Origin: Amoebidium appalachense
Taxonomy: Eukaryota > Protista > Ichthyosporea
Assembly: GCA_963693365.1 (NCBI GenBank)
Contig: CAVNZM010000014.1
Location: 6,634,001 to 6,698,000 of the forward strand
Length of the DNA: 64,000 nucleotides
Direction of reading: 5' to 3'
Part shown: piece after piece, positions 1 to 33,682 of the stretch
Position numbering within the stretch: position 1 is the stretch's first letter
Layout of the letters: each line of letters starts with the position of its first letter
Position numbers and translations under genes: made by a program
The notes under the pieces: generated by a model
The model's database searches: none
What the model was told of the DNA's origin: nothing
What the model saw: the letters and a program-made list of their open reading frames with translations, nothing else

Positions 1-7988
<7,988 letters not shown>

Positions 7989-9689
7989 GTTGGTAACAAA
8001 CAGAACATCCTTGGGGTGCTCGTTGGATGTGGCTCTATTCAGGCCGCATATAAATCATATGGGTGACCCTTTCCTGAAACGGTGGTTCACGCATTACAAA
8101 ACACATTACATGCTATTATACGTAAACACATCACTCTATTTCAGTTCCTCAAGAAAATTTGGGGTCTACACACTATTTATTGCTGTGGACAAAACAAGAT
8201 GTTTTGAAGCTTTGGATCTCTGAAAAAAAGGGCGCTGAAGTACGCCAAAGGGAGTTGCCAGCCACGGCCCTCTGAAAAGAAGAGGTCCGTGTGCCAGCTA
8301 GTACTTTCAAAAAGGGGGCGAAAATATATGTGCAAACCTATCCAAACATTGATGCGAATGTGGTTGGATTGGGGTTTTAATGGAGGAGACTTGTTGCGTC
8401 AAAAACGACAGTGGCGCCTGAGAAGTGGGCTTTGGAAACAATAATAGATTCTTTTTTTTTTATTAATTAGTTTTAATAATCAACATAGTTTAAATACTGT
8501 GTATTATTTTTGCAATATGATGTTGTACGTAAGATTTATTTGGGATCAAGCATAAAGAGCAAGGGGCACTTATGGGGCACCCCCTTGATCTCGAAAGCCT
8601 CTTCTAGATATATTTACGAGATAAACGCTCTGGCCACCCTTGGAGTATGCAAGTACTCCATGCGTCCACTTTTTTGTACAACAGAAGCCATAATGTATAT
8701 ATATACATATACGCAAATAATTTTTATGTATTCGTATCAATTCAACACCAACAACTTTTCTTCGTCAGGGCTGGAATGTGTGGCGGTTGGCAGCGCCGCA
8801 GCGGCTAAGCGCGTGCGAAGTTGCTGACCGGCTGGCTATAGATCTTGCGTGATAAAACACTTATCACATTCTCCGTTATGATCATTAATCCTGTATAAGT
8901 TACACTTGCATGAGAGAACCAAACCCGTGTGCGTTGCGTACTGTTGACAGACACGTTTTACTAATAAGCTCCTAGTGAAAATATATTGTTTCTCTCAACT
9001 CGCTACCGTGTTACTCAATCCGATCATGATCGGCTATTTTATATTTTTGCACAATGATATAGCGAGCCAATCAACATCATTCTTTAAGCTTGGTACTGAT
9101 GACGAAGTCACGAAGCTGGGCTATAATCGTGACACAAGGGCGGTGATTGGCTAGGCTAGGGCATTCCATGCCAAAGGAAGATCTATTTATTAAGCCCCAA
9201 ATATTCACATATTTCATTTCACGCATTTTTTGAAATTGAATTTTGAATCTTTGTATTTCTATTTTCAAATTGAAAAAACCTCCACTTTTTAAAGATAAAA
9301 AACGAAACAAACCCCCATAACAGCATATTTTAGTTAAAATACATTTCTTAGACACATTTACGCACCACATTTCTTAAGATCTTGCTGGTGCTTGCAGCTA
9401 TATAAATAAAGACGTGACTGACGTGGCGTGTGTGTACACTCTACAAACTTCACAAAGGAAGTAACCGTTTCGTTCTTTGTTCGTAATAGAAACACACAAA
9501 AAACATCGAAGAAAGCATACGTGTGCATAAGGAAACTGCGGTGTGTATTTACGAGCAATTTAGAAATACCCTCGAAAGACCAATTTTAATAGGATTGCCA
9601 CTTTGCATACTTAAATATTGGGCATCACGAAGGGGTTGCAAGAACAACAACAACACTGATTATCTTGCCTTTTTGAAATAGTGTTAAGA

Positions 9690-11202
9690 ATGCAGGCCTC
9701 AGAGCAAGAAGAGATTCGCTTGCTACGTTCCTTACAGCAACACAGCACGAGTTCCAGTCAGTACCACCAATGCACATCGCCAAGTTTCGAAGAGCTTTAC
9801 CAAGATCTTGTTCGAGATGTAAAAGGTCTAGACACATCATCTGAAAGAAGCACACTTGGAGAAGGAATGCTTCTAGACAAGAAGCAGGAAGATAACACGT
9901 CCGATTTTGAGATAAAAGACATGAAAGTGGAAGACAGGCAGAGGCTTGTTCTTACGCCGCCGTCTGTTACGGATATGTATCTGGATAACCCTGAGAACTT
10001 GGTCTGCTTCAACTGTAAGGATACCTACAACTTACCTACACACCTACCACCTATACTGTTTTTGTATCTATATGGCATGTTTTTTAGCTGGTGCGCGTGC
10101 TTGTGTGCTTCAAAATGCGTAGTGTGTGCGCATGAGCACTTCACTAGTAATTTGCTGGTGGAAAAGGGGGTGGGGAGCAGAAATAGGGTTCCGTTTCTGT
10201 TTTTGTTGCATGTTGTGCTGTTCTATCTCACACAACAACCTCCACGAGTTTTCCGAGGCTCGTTCAAACTCCCTCATCAACCAATTGATTCCTGAAAAAG
10301 TTCGAGGCGTGTAGTTGTGAGCTTTATGTGAACTGCCTCTCAGCATAGATGGGCCTTTTCTCAGTGCATTATTCTGCAACTTTTTTATGGCAACTTTCTG
10401 TTGCATAGTCTGCAGTGCCATGTTTGTGTCTTGCCTACTGCCACTTCGTAGGCGGCGCCGCCCTCTTGTTGCGTCATCTTTGTACTTGTTATGACCATTG
10501 CTCGTAACACACCTTCACACACACACCCCGACCCCCCGCCCCACCCCGTCCCCTTCCCCTTCCTCCCCTCGGCATGGTTCTGCCCGTCTTGAGTGTTGTC
10601 TGTCGAGACTGCGCAACTCCTACCCTGTAACACATACTAACCGCTCCACCCCTCCCCCTCTCCCTCCCCCCCTCTTTTTCTTCCCCTAAAAACACTTCTG
10701 CACAGGCCAAACCACCAAGACGGCAACATGGCGAAAGAACGACAGAAACGAGAATCTCTGCAATGCTTGTGGACTCTACGAAAAGGCCAAGCATGCACCC
10801 AGACCACTACATCTTGTCAACAGACGACCGAGAAAGTCCCCTCGGCCACGTGCAAAAGCGAACAAATCCCCGGCCCCTCTGAGCAACCTACACTCCCCCA
10901 ACCTTGCTTCACCTATGCTATCACCGATCATGTCTCCAGCCATGTCGCCTGCCAGCGGCTATAACTCCCCCTCCTCCTCTCCCATGCATTCGCCGATTAA
11001 CATGTCTCCCGCGGCACCGAGGAGACAACAGATGGTGTCTCTGGGGTCAGTAATGGTGCCGCCGCCATCAATGCCAACGCAAACAATGCAGGCGCCTTCT
11101 AGTTGGCTAACTGCGCCAGCTGCCTCCTTTGGGCTTCCCTTTGAACTACAGCAGAACTTGGATCCGTTTTTGTCTGTGCCCCAGATGAAGCGGGATAATT
11201 AG
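9690..11202 (+). CDS. GATA-type zinc-finger transcription factor, 2 exons
   Basis: Exons 9690-10014 (gtaag donor) and 10706-11202 splice to [38 protein letters not shown], i.e. C-x2-C-x17-C-x2-C plus a basic tail, then a Pro/Ser/Met-rich C-terminus. Confidence 0.9.
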
Positions 11203-11822
11203 CCTCGTGGTCAAGTTGAGAATTTTGAATGTACTGAATTTCGATGAAAGGCGTGTTTTCGTTTTAAAGCAATCTCGAATCCTCAGCGGGAATGGATTAT
11301 CTTGGCTGAGTTGGCCGAAACGAATGAACTAAAGCTTGGGAAGCCGTGTCGTGTTTGGTTCCGCCCACTGCTTCCTCCCCAGATCCAGTCAAGGTCAAAT
11401 ATAGAAGCGGTTCCCTATTAAAAAAAACAAGTTTTGACTTCATGAATACAGTATATGATATAGAGGGTTATGTGGTTCTGGAGAAAAAGGAATTTACTCT
11501 TCATTATCAACGTACTTGTAAGTTGAAGTAAGTTGAAGTTCTGAAAAACGAGCAGAGAGTGGTTGCATTGGTCAAAATAATGAATTCGAACTTAATCTTG
11601 ATAAAGTCAGAACCTGCTGTTAGAACCCTGATATCAATAAAGTTAAATTGCAAGGGTGCGCTGGGCGCAATACCTTTAAATCATTTTTGTTTGGTAATCT
11701 CTTGGTGATGGTGTCACTTATCTAGTCCACTAGTTTTGACGGGGAATGTTGCAATGCTGCACAGCAGCTATTTCATAGTAACTGTTTGGATTGCTGATCT
11801 CTCCGAACGTGGAGACAGACGT

Positions 11823-12263
11823 GAGCATATCTGGATATGATAAGCATTTCTGGATAGACAGGGGCATTTCTGGGTCATGCAGTTCTGGATACATATGATC
11901 GGTTTTTGATATACATGACCAATATTCAAAAGGAAAAAAAAATATTCTGGATATTGCCGAGTTCTGGATAGACATGACCCGCAAGCAGTTCTAGGCATAC
12001 TTGGGCAACTCTGGATAGACGGGCAATTCTGGACATATGTGAGCCGCTGGATAGGCAAGCATTTCTGGACACATGGGACGCGGGTATTTCTGGATAGACG
12101 TGAGTGTTTTTGGTTAGACATGAGCATTTCTGGATAGACATGAGTATTTCTGGATAGACGTGAGTAATTCTGGATAGACATGAACATTTCTGGACACAAG
12201 AGGCATGCACAATTTTGTATAGGCACCAGCAAATTTGGATTGACGTAAGCATTTCTGGACACA
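11823..12263. repeat. 20-bp minisatellite, consensus TGAGCATTTCTGGATAGACA
   Basis: Exact 20-nt period at 12121-12200; roughly 15 degenerate TCTGGA(T/C)A cores across the interval. Confidence 0.85.
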
Positions 12264-12439
12264 ATTGTAGGCGAACATTTCTGATCAGCCGCGGCCAAGA
12301 GTATCATGATTCAAATGAAATTTCAGGAGCAAAATAGGTTGGCGGCTGGCAGAGAAGATCAACAATTTCACATTGTTTTACATAGCTTGTACATCCGTTA
12401 ATACCCTATATTTGCAAAGTTTAAAAAAACATTTTGTTT

Positions 12440-12507
<68 letters not shown>

Positions 12508-12887
12508 GCAAAGGGCCAGCAAGAAAGGGGAAGTGGTGGTGGCAACAACAATGGGGTCATGGTAAGATCATGCAATGGTTACGAAAAAGTGCGGAATCCC
12601 AGCATATCCTTATGTTACAAAAACTGTAACAAAAAAGCACACACTCGCATATATCACAATACCCTCTTCGGTGTGGAAAGGGGGGTGGGGGTTGGGGGGT
12701 GGGGGGCGATTTATGCGTTAGAGAGATGGAATTATGGAGGAAACACCAAATGACAAATTAGAAAACCTCACAAAACTGAGAAACCCGAAATCAAACAATA
12801 TAAGCGTGCCATGCAGAAAACACTTGAACAGGGCCGCATCATCAGGGGGGTTCCTATGCCTCCGATTTGGCACCGTAGCCGGGGGTT

Positions 12888-23608
<10,721 letters not shown>

Positions 23609-26600
23609 ATTGTTTCCTGTTGATTCCTATGTGTGCACCATGCGTTCCATCTAATTTAAACTATTTTGTTTTATATAGAACAAAACACGTACACTAAGCC
23701 TAGCCTGCGGACGCTGCACATGCGTTAGATAGCCGTGTGTGTGTATGTGTGTGTGTGTGTGTGTGTGGGTGTGTGACGTGCACATGTGCCTGTGAGTGTA
23801 TATGTGACGACTACAAAAGTGCGCGCGACGAAAGCAGTGTGCGTTATGTACCCGTGCCTGTGTGATGCCAAAGGGCACACAAAAGGAAGCATTTATTTGA
23901 GCTGGCTTCTCTGTGGCCGCGACCTTTTATATGCTTGGCTGTCACGCAAAGTTCGAACTGGCGGCACCCCGAAATGAATTGTTTACATTGTTTATGTTGA
24001 TATCTATCTTACGTCAGAAAGCAGGAAAATTATATATTTACGTATATGCGTGTTTTTCACTCATTTGTAGAGACTTTGAGTATAGACTTTTTCAAGATAT
24101 TGTTATTGGAAGTTCGTTCGGCAGTGGTACAGTGTGCCCAAGAGATCTCCGAGCAGCCCGACGGCCCGTGGGTCACCGATGATAGCTTTGGAGCCATCTT
24201 ATTTATTTCTGGTTTCAGCCTACGATTGGTGGAGGGGGGTAAGTGGCGGGAAAATCGTAATCGTGTAAGGAAAGGTTCAGGTGGTCTTAAAGCGGTTTTA
24301 TAATGTATTTTTGTGTTTTATAAGTAAATAATATGATTATAAATATGTATATATGCACATTTAGCTATAGAAGCAATTGACGCTTTAGAATTTTTCCGTT
24401 GATTTGGGTATCACGTCAGAATGTGTCTCGAGATCTCCGAGCCCTGGCAGAACCCAGACCCATTTCCAAAGAACAAATTTGATTGGATGTGCTACGGTTT
24501 GCATACTGCAATACTTTTGGCAAAAGTAGCCAATTGGTTTTTGCAAGTTTATTTGTGTCAATTGTGATTGGCTCTCCTAAAGCGCGGCTCCCAGGCCGGG
24601 CTGGTGCGCATGTGCACCAGGCGGATGTGCATGTGGTTATCTGTCAGCATGTGTCTAAATTTTGCTAGTCTGACCGGGCACGTAGTCTGTTTTGAACCCT
24701 TTCTCCTTTTTTAAGTTTAGGCGCGCAACGTGTGTGCGTGTGCCAGCCTGTCAGGCTGTGTGTGTGCTTGGACGAACGGCGTCATTGTCAGGGGCCTCTC
24801 ATAATCCCAGGCTGCCAGGACTACTAACAGAGAGCTCTCAGTCTCGAGCTCGAGGGCTGGGCACGCGGGGTGCACGGCGACGTGTCGTGTGACTACACGT
24901 AGCACGTGTTCATACGATTTTGACGTTTTGCCTGGAGAAGAGAGCAGGGAGGGATGGGGGGAGGGGGGGGGTGAATAATGAGGACCCCTTTTGAAGTTTC
25001 TCTAACCCTCCCCCACTAACGGGTAGAGCACATGTACAGACGGTTTCTTTCGTTTCCTCCCGAATTTCCCCGGCCCTCCATCATCGGACCGGATCGGTCC
25101 GGGTACTCGTGGGTACCCCCCCCTCCCCCCTCCTCCTCCCCCCAGCCTTTTTTCTCCTTCGCATGCAGATTCTTCTTTCATGTGTATATCGTTCCAATGA
25201 TAATAAGGGCTTCAAGGGCTTCAAAATTTGCTTTAAAGTTGACTTTTACTTGGGCAACGTCAACTTGCGGCTACATGTTTGCACGTGGGTGCGTCAGTCA
25301 CGGTGAGAGAGAGAGAGAGAGTGTGTGTGTGTATGTGTCACTGGTGTCCAGTGTGTCCAGTGTGACACTGCCCACGTGTGTGTGTGTGCAGGTGAATGTG
25401 TGTGTGTGTACGGGGGTGCGTCTGTGTGTACGTGTCTGTACACGTAGGGGTGGTTAAGAAAAGGGAGAGAGGGAGAAAGCGTGGTCTTTATTATAGAGAG
25501 ATAGAGAAAGTTAGAGAGAGAGGGAGGGGAGGGGGGGTCAGGAAGAGGGGGGGGGGGAGGGGGGGGGGGGGAAGAGGGAGAGGGAGAAAGAGAGCGAGAG
25601 ATATACAGACTGAGTGGAGAGAGAGAGTCTCGGAGATAGAGAGGACAGAAGGAGGGAGGGAGAACGGGGGGGGGGGGGGGGGGGGGGGGGGGAGGGGGGA
25701 GAGAGAGAGAGCCTCGAGAGGATATGTCAGAGAGAACGCTGAGTGAGAGATCTATGTAGAAAGAGAGCCTCGGGGGGAGAGAGATAGAAAGCAGATCTAG
25801 AGAGCGAGAGACAGTCTCAATGTGCTTGTGTGACACTGTGCTCGTGTGCACATATATCTGTGGCACATTCATCAGAGAAGAAGTGCGCGTGCACGTGTAC
25901 GTAAGAAAGCGGCCATAATGATTGCTATCGCCCCATTGTGTGTGTGTGTGTGTGTGTGTATTATGTAGGTTCTGATATCGGTGTGTGTGAAAGTCAAAGA
26001 GTGAATAGGTTTCGTGTCTGCCTGCCACACACGTACACATTTTGTATGTGTGCTCGTTCCTCTCTGTCTGTTTTAACGGCTCAGTCTGTTGCTCTGTATG
26101 GGTGAATAAAGAAGGCTACATTACCGAGGTGCTGGTGATACCCATCCATATGATGGCAGAATGGATGTCGAACAAGGGCTTGATAAGCTTACACACACTT
26201 TCAAACTGAGATTGTCTCTAGTTCATCTTTCTCACACTGTAGTATCTCCCCGAATCCCCCATCCTATCACCCCCCCCCCCCCCCCTTTTTTCCCCAGGGC
26301 TTCCCCCCCTCCCCCCAAACCCACTCGAAGTTGGCCTCTCACCCTCTCTCACTTTGCTGCAATACACGTGCACCGCATAATAGTACATGCATCTTCCGTC
26401 ATACGTTCATCTTCAAAGCGGATCATGATACGGAATCGGAAATCATTATGACAATCAAATTTGGAAATGGGAAAGCTTTCGATTCTTTTTCTGGTAGGTA
26501 CATCACATACTGTGATATAAATCATAGTAAATCATGTAGCCTGGATTTATACTTGGTGGCTAAAAACCCTGCCCAAATTTTCAAAAGAAAGTATTAAAAA

Positions 26601-26819
26601 TACAAACGGAAAGACGGTAATGGACCCCCCACCCCCACAAAAAAAAAAAAAAATACATAAAAGAAAATGGAAAAATAGAAAAACGAAAAACAACCATGCA
26701 AACAACCACATCCCAACTAAAGAAACGTTGCTCGTTTTCAAGACCTTATAGGCAGGCTTGCCTATCCTTGCCCAGCAAAAACCCCCATAAGGGCAGTGCG
26801 CATAAAGCCCCCAAAGAAT

Positions 26820-27179
26820 TCATCTGACTTTACTGAAGAACACATCCATCGTTTTCTGCCCTGGCACCAGCTTTACTGGTTTGACCTTTGATCCCGCACC
26901 CGCCTTTTTGCAATTGGCTGGATTTTTGATGGTTTCAAGGGTTTTGATTGGCTTCGAATCATCAGAGTCGTTTTGTAATGTAGGTTCTGTGGGGAGATCA
27001 CCGGGTGTGTGCATGTTGGTTAGTGAAGTAGAGGATTGGATTGGAGAGCCTAGGATGCATGGAAGTTTTCTTCCTTGTTTTGTGATGGATGCTTAGGTAT
27101 CTGGCACCAGTGACGCAGATGGGCGGAAGACATCAGAGTTTATTGGATCATCTGGGGGTTGGATATATCCGCCCACACG

Positions 27180-27269
<90 letters not shown>

Positions 27270-28466
27270 TGTGTGCATGTGCATGCGAACACGAGTGTTT
27301 TTAGGGGCCGATCGATGGAGGGAAAGGCTGGTGGAGGGGAAGAGCGAAAGAGAAAGAGAGAGAGAGACAGAAAGAAGCGCGTGGAGGGGGGGGGGGGGGG
27401 GGGGGGGGGGATGTAGAAACATGCCCATACCTTGCACGTTTTCCTTGCCCGCCTCTCCACACACATCCCCAAATACGAGTGTCTGTGCCACCCCACACAC
27501 AGACTCAGTAGAGAGACGTAGGTCCTTCCTGTTGGGTCTTGTGGCTCTTTCTTTGCTGTTGTTTTCTTGGTGTTTGGTTGGACTCAACGGATTGCGACCC
27601 CGCTTGAATTTCGAATTTTCAACAGGTTTGGGTAGCGTTTGAGGGGATTCTTTGTCGCGTAAATGTGCGCGGTTTTCTTGGTGTATGGGCGAAAGGAGGG
27701 ATGGGGAGAGGCTGGGGTCCGTTTCCGTTTCGGGGGGACTTTTGTTTGGTGTTGGGGAATTGCGAGAGCGTGGTGGGTTCCATGTGGGGAGGAGGGGGGT
27801 AGCGTGTGTGGAGAGATGGGAAAGGAAGAGGGAGAGAGCCTCTGAGGAAGTGGCGGTGGCGGAGTCACTAGGCAAATCGTCTGATTGGTTGCAAGAGGAA
27901 TGGTAGCGATCCCATTCGGCCTGTGTGCAAAGAAATGGGATTGGTAAGCAGATGGTGCCACCAGTGGAATGTGTGGTGTGTGCACATTATCACACACTCG
28001 AGCTCGACTTGCAACGGGGGGGGGGGGGGGGGGGGGGGGGGGAGAGGGGGGGGAGGAGGAGGGGGGGGGGGGGGGGGAGAGACAGGTTAGTTGGTTGGTT
28101 CGTGTCTTTATTGATTGACGAAGTATTTTCAATACACACGCATAGGTCTGTTGTGATATAAGATGCAAGAAAAGAGGAAAGAAGGGGTGGAATTTGAAAG
28201 ACGGAGGGGGGGGGGGGGGGGGGGGAGAGTCCCACCTTGAGCAACTCGGTTGCCTGCCGAATATCCCCCTCTGAAATGCACGTGCATGGCTGCACGTGTC
28301 TCCTGCGATCCAATGAAAATCCTTTGTTAGTCCACCGCACATTTATACATACCATGTCTTACCTTATCATGGAAACATTCACTAACTGTACAACACCCCC
28401 CACCTCTCCCTTTCCCCTCCCCCCATCCCCCCCCTCCCCCCTGTCCCCCCCCCCCCCCCCCCTCCC

Positions 28467-28502
<36 letters not shown>

Positions 28503-28934
28503 AAAAGAAAGAAAGAAAGAAAGAAAGAAAGAACTTGAGACATTCTCCTCCGAGCATGAGACCCCCATGCCATACTTTTTCACATTTCTCAGATTACCTA
28601 CGCTTTCACATTTTACTTCCCACCATACGATCCCCCCCCCCTCCCCCCCCCCCCCCCCCCCCTCCTTCCCCCTCCCCCATCCTCCCTTTTGCTCGCATCT
28701 TTTCAGCCCCATCCCTTTTCACTTGGGGCTCCAAAATAGCGTTCAAGAACTTCGTGGACTTTCGAAGTTTCACCACTGCAATCCCCCCCCCCACCCAGAA
28801 AAGAAAAAGAAAAAGAAACTAGTGTCATAGGTGGAAATGTACAAGGGTAGAGGAGGAATTTTAGGGTAGGGTAAAGTGGGTTGAGGGGTGAAGATGGGGG
28901 GTTTTTTTTTTTTTTGTGTCCGTGTGTCCGTGTG

Positions 28935-28982
<48 letters not shown>

Positions 28983-29856
28983 GGGCCCACCTCAAAGCAC
29001 GTGGTGTGTTGCATGAGGTGCACAGTTGGTCTCGGCGACTTGAGTGGGCAGTTCGGATGGCCATCTGGATGAAGGGGGGTGACGGGTGGGAGGTGGTGGT
29101 TGCGGGGGGGGGGGGGGGGGGGGGGGAGGGGGGGAGGGAGGGAGAGAGAAAGAGAGAGGGGGGGGGGGGGGGAGCAGGGGAGGAAGAGGCGGGAACGTGG
29201 CGGGGGAGGAAAGGAGGAGAGGGGAGGTGCGGAAGGAGGGATGTAATGTGGGAAGGACGATTTGTGAGGAATAGGCTTTGGGGGCCGGGGGGGGGGGGGG
29301 GGGGGGGGGGGGTGTGGGAGATGAGATGGTAAGGCCATGAGGGGATGGCATTGTGTTTTGGGAAGAAACATAGCAGAGAGGCCTAAGCAAATCCCATCTG
29401 CTCTGCCGAAGAATTCAAGAGCAAGAAACCACACACACAGGATTATGCAAAGCACGAACACACATCCTACAGTCCATACATACACACGGGCTTACGGACA
29501 CACATCCAAAGAAGAGGTAAAAACATGCTGGATTTTGGGTGGTTGAGAGACCAGCGTGGTTGGTGAAACATTCTGAAAATTCCGAGAGACATGCAAGGAG
29601 AAGGGCAGGGATGGTTAGGGAGAGGGGATAACGGAATGGTAAAGGTGGAACGGGTGATAGGAGAGAAAAGAGACACATCAAACAACCAGAGGGAAGGAGC
29701 GGGGAGCAGGGGAGGAGGGGGGAGAAGGGGGAGTGGGGAGGGGGGGGGGGGGGGGGAGGGGGCGGGGGACAGGAGTCAACGAGAGAGAGAGAAAACTGCT
29801 ATATCGGTGTGTCGGATGGATGGGGTGGGGTGGGGCTTGGGGTGGTGTGTGTGTGT

Positions 29857-29887
<31 letters not shown>

Positions 29888-31031
29888 GGGGGGTAAGTTA
29901 CCAACCTTTTTAGCAGTGAAGATTGCACGGGGCACCGCTGTGTGTGGGTCTTTGCATTCCATCAACACCTCCTGGATAGCCTCCACACACTCTACTAAGT
30001 CTGGGGTGGTGGTGTTGGTGGTGGGGGGATGGGGAGGGAGGGGAGGGGAGTGGGGAGGGGGGAGGGGGAGGTTGAGGGGGTGGGAGGGGGGCATTACACA
30101 CCAGGGTGTACAAAGCCGAACAAAAGAGACACGGCGGAACCATGCAGAAAACGAACGATGTCCGATAAACCTGTGGAAAAAGCATGACGTGTTCCTTACT
30201 GCCAGTTCTTTTTGGGAAGAGGCGGGGAAGGGGCGGATGGGTAAGTGGAGTAGGGAAGGAGGGGGGGGGGGGGGGGGGGGGGGGGACGGGCGGAGGGGAG
30301 GGGGGAAGGGAAGGGGCCGTTGACATTTTTTTTTCTCCTCCTTTTTTCTTTTTTCCCTCTTTTTTCTTGTTCTTCTTCTTCTTCTTCTTAAATTTTTTTT
30401 TTTTTGGGAGGGGGGGGGGGGGGGGGGGGGGGGGGAAGAGGTTACCTTGCAGATAGACGAAGTAAGGTGCAAGCCCATGGGGCATGGTGTGGCGATAGGA
30501 CATGCCTCCTAACTTGCTCTGAAAAAAAGGAAAGCATTGCAAGAACATAGCAAGTTAGCTACCTAGCAAACCCTCTTATTTAACCCGTGACAAACCATAA
30601 TATGGCATTTTGGGATTTCATACCAACACACAGAAATACTTTCATACTCACTACTCCCCCCCCCCCCCCCCCCCCCCCCGCCCGGCCGCAACAGACCCAC
30701 TCACTTGCATGGCCTTCCCTTCATGTTCTGTTTAAACCCTTTTCCCCATATCACTGAACTAACCTTGTCGTTTCTGTTTTCTACTTTCCTTACCCCTGCA
30801 CCCTGAACAAAGGCAACCCCCCCCCCCCCCCCCTCTCTCCCCAAGCCCTCTTTCTCTAAAAACACACCTCCCCGTGACACCGACAGGATAGGGAACCTTT
30901 TCCCATCCGACTTTTTAGGAAAGCAATTCCTCCGTTGTGTGTCCAAAACGAGATCACATACATCATCCTCTGGTCCTAGTCAGTCGTGGTTGTCAGTTTA
31001 TTGCCTTTATGGATGAGGGGGGGGAGGGCAG

Positions 31032-31092
<61 letters not shown>

Positions 31093-31332
31093 GGGGGGGG
31101 GAGGGGGGGGGGGGGGGGGGGAGATCGAAGGTAGGGTCGTTTGTGTGAGCGTGAGCGTGAGCGTGAGCGTGTGCGCATGTGTGTTTTGGGGGGGGGGGGG
31201 GGGTTGGGGTTACGTGCCTGCCGGACAAAAGACATGGCTGTTTGGTAGAGAGAGAGCCCACGGGCATGGGATGCCTGGAGGAGGGCAAAAAGGGCGGCAC
31301 CATGCAGACCACGCTGTGGAGTGTTGGCTGCC

Positions 31333-31408
<76 letters not shown>

Positions 31409-32905
31409 TGAGCGTGTGCTGTGGTGTATGACTGACTGAATATCTGTTGTGAGGTGGGAGGAAAGAGGTAATGGTCGAATAGTTCAGGAGGAGGAAGGAG
31501 ACCCGGGGAGGGGGGGGGGGGGAGGAACTGCTTTCCTGTCTTATTACATCCCAACTCTCTGTAGCAAAATGTGCGGGTATCCCAAAAAGGGTCATCGTTA
31601 TGTAACATACAATGCACATATGTAGGTTGCACCATTGGGTGTTTGTTAGTCTTGAAGATAAAAGAAAATACAAAATCAACAAAAAAAACAAAAACCATAC
31701 CAAAGCCAAAAAACAAAAAGAAAAATGCCGGAAAGTTGCATTTTACACACCCTGAGGAATGCCACGTTGTCTGTGCAGTTCGTGGCCAGCACCACATGGG
31801 AGGCAAGGGCCTGACTGGCATACTGCGCACGGGGCGTGCTACGCGGGGTTCCCTCGTGTCTGCAATAGAAAAGGGAAAGAAAAGAGAAGAGAAGAGAAGA
31901 TATAAAAAAAAAAGAAACGAGGATAATGAAAAGAAGAAAAAAAGGGAAAGAAAAGGTGTGTGTGTGTGTGTAGGGGGGGGGAGGGGGAGAGGGGGGGGGG
32001 GGGGATGGGGGGGCAGGGGAGGGTCGTGACAGTTGGGTTAGTCATGATATGCACGGTTCAGTTGCAGCATGTGTGTGTGTGTGTGTGTGTGTGTGTGATG
32101 GTGGTGGTGGTGGTGGTGGTGGTGGTGGTGGGGGGGGGCAGAATTAAAGGAGGTGATGGTTTGTATTTCTCTCCTTTGATCTCCCCCCCTCCCCCCCCCC
32201 CCCCGCATATTCCTTTTCCTATTTTTTTCCTTTTTCACCCCCCCCCCCCCCCCCCCCCCAGCATTTTCTAATTTCTTTCTCCTTTATGCAATCTTTTTCC
32301 AAACATCCTCTTTTTCTTGGTGGGTAAAGTGAGCAGATGTCGGAGGGAAAAGGGGAGGGAGGAGGAGGACCGCTGGGGTGGGGGGAAATAACGACATGTA
32401 TTCTTATATATGAATCTTCTGAGGTCGACTGCAGCGCAAGTAACAGTGTGTGTGTGTATGTGTGTCTCCAATAGCGTACACACCTATACTCGATCTCTCT
32501 GTGTGTGTGTGGGGGGGGGGAGGGGGGGGGTGGGGAGGGGGGAGGGAGAGGGGAAACGGAGGAGACGGAGGGAGGGAGGGGGGGGAGGGAGGGAGAGAGA
32601 GGGAGGAAGGTGGGAAAGAGAGAAGGGGTTAGGGAATGGGGACGACAAATAAATCTGGTAGCCGTGAAGCACCCCGGGGGAGGGGAGGGGAGGGGGGGGG
32701 GGGGGGAGGAGGGGGGAGCGGCAAAAGGATATATTAATTGAGTGGTTTCTTCGGACAACGTACGATAATGGTGTGTCGGGTAGCTGGCACGAGGACACCA
32801 TGAGTGAGATCATAGAGGCAAGGTCATTCAGACTGGACTGCAGGTCGGTGGGGGAGTCAAAGGTTGGGCCATCGTGGGCCTCAAGAAGGGCACAGATGGG
32901 AAGGC

Positions 32906-32960
<55 letters not shown>

Positions 32961-33110
32961 GTGTTTGAGGGAGTGAGTGTGACTGTGTGTGTGTGTGTGC
33001 GTGTGTGCGCGCGCGTGGAAAGGGTGGGTGGGTGAGCTAGTGGAATGATGTGTGCATATAAACATGACAGCGGCCGGCTGTGTGTTTGTGTGTGCGCGTG
33101 GGCACATGTG

Positions 33111-33169
<59 letters not shown>

Positions 33170-33636
33170 GTGTGTGTGTGTGCGTGTGTGTGTGTGTGTT
33201 TGTCTGTGCGAATTCGTGATTATCTATGTCGCTGCATGTGGTTGGAGGAAATGGGTTTGTTAGAACTGCAGATAACTACTTCGTTTGCTTGTGTGTGGCA
33301 GTGTGTGAGCAATTATATTGAAACATGTGCGCTTGCTTTCTAAGTTCGTTGTTAACTCTGGTATAAATAAAAATACCTCTGAGATTCATAAAAATGGAAG
33401 AAGTTGGTGAATAATGGCATACTAAAATGGAGCTTACAGAGAGAATGGCGGGGCTGGGAAAGGTTCATTTTTCGATAAATTGTTCGATCTTTCTTTCTTT
33501 TTCTATTTTTACATTCTTCCCTCCCATTTTGGTACTCTCTCTCCTCTCCCTCTGTTTCTCTCTCTCTCTTTTCTTCCCCCTTCTTCTTCTTCCTTTTTTT
33601 TCTTTTTTCTTTTTTCCTTTTTAACTTTTTCGCTTA

Positions 33637-33682
<46 letters not shown>

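Noticed and set aside
11823-12263. CRISPR-like array
   Set aside because: Units are contiguous and degenerate with no unique spacers; no cas genes; eukaryotic context.
23650-26600. Protein-coding gene between the GH135 and PARI-like genes
   Set aside because: No recognisable ORF; more likely 5' UTR introns/promoter of the GH135 gene (an acceptor lies just upstream of its ATG).
29900-30520. DNA primase large subunit (CMVPPC motif)
   Set aside because: That motif is out of frame; the phase-consistent frame gives the PARI-like sequence.
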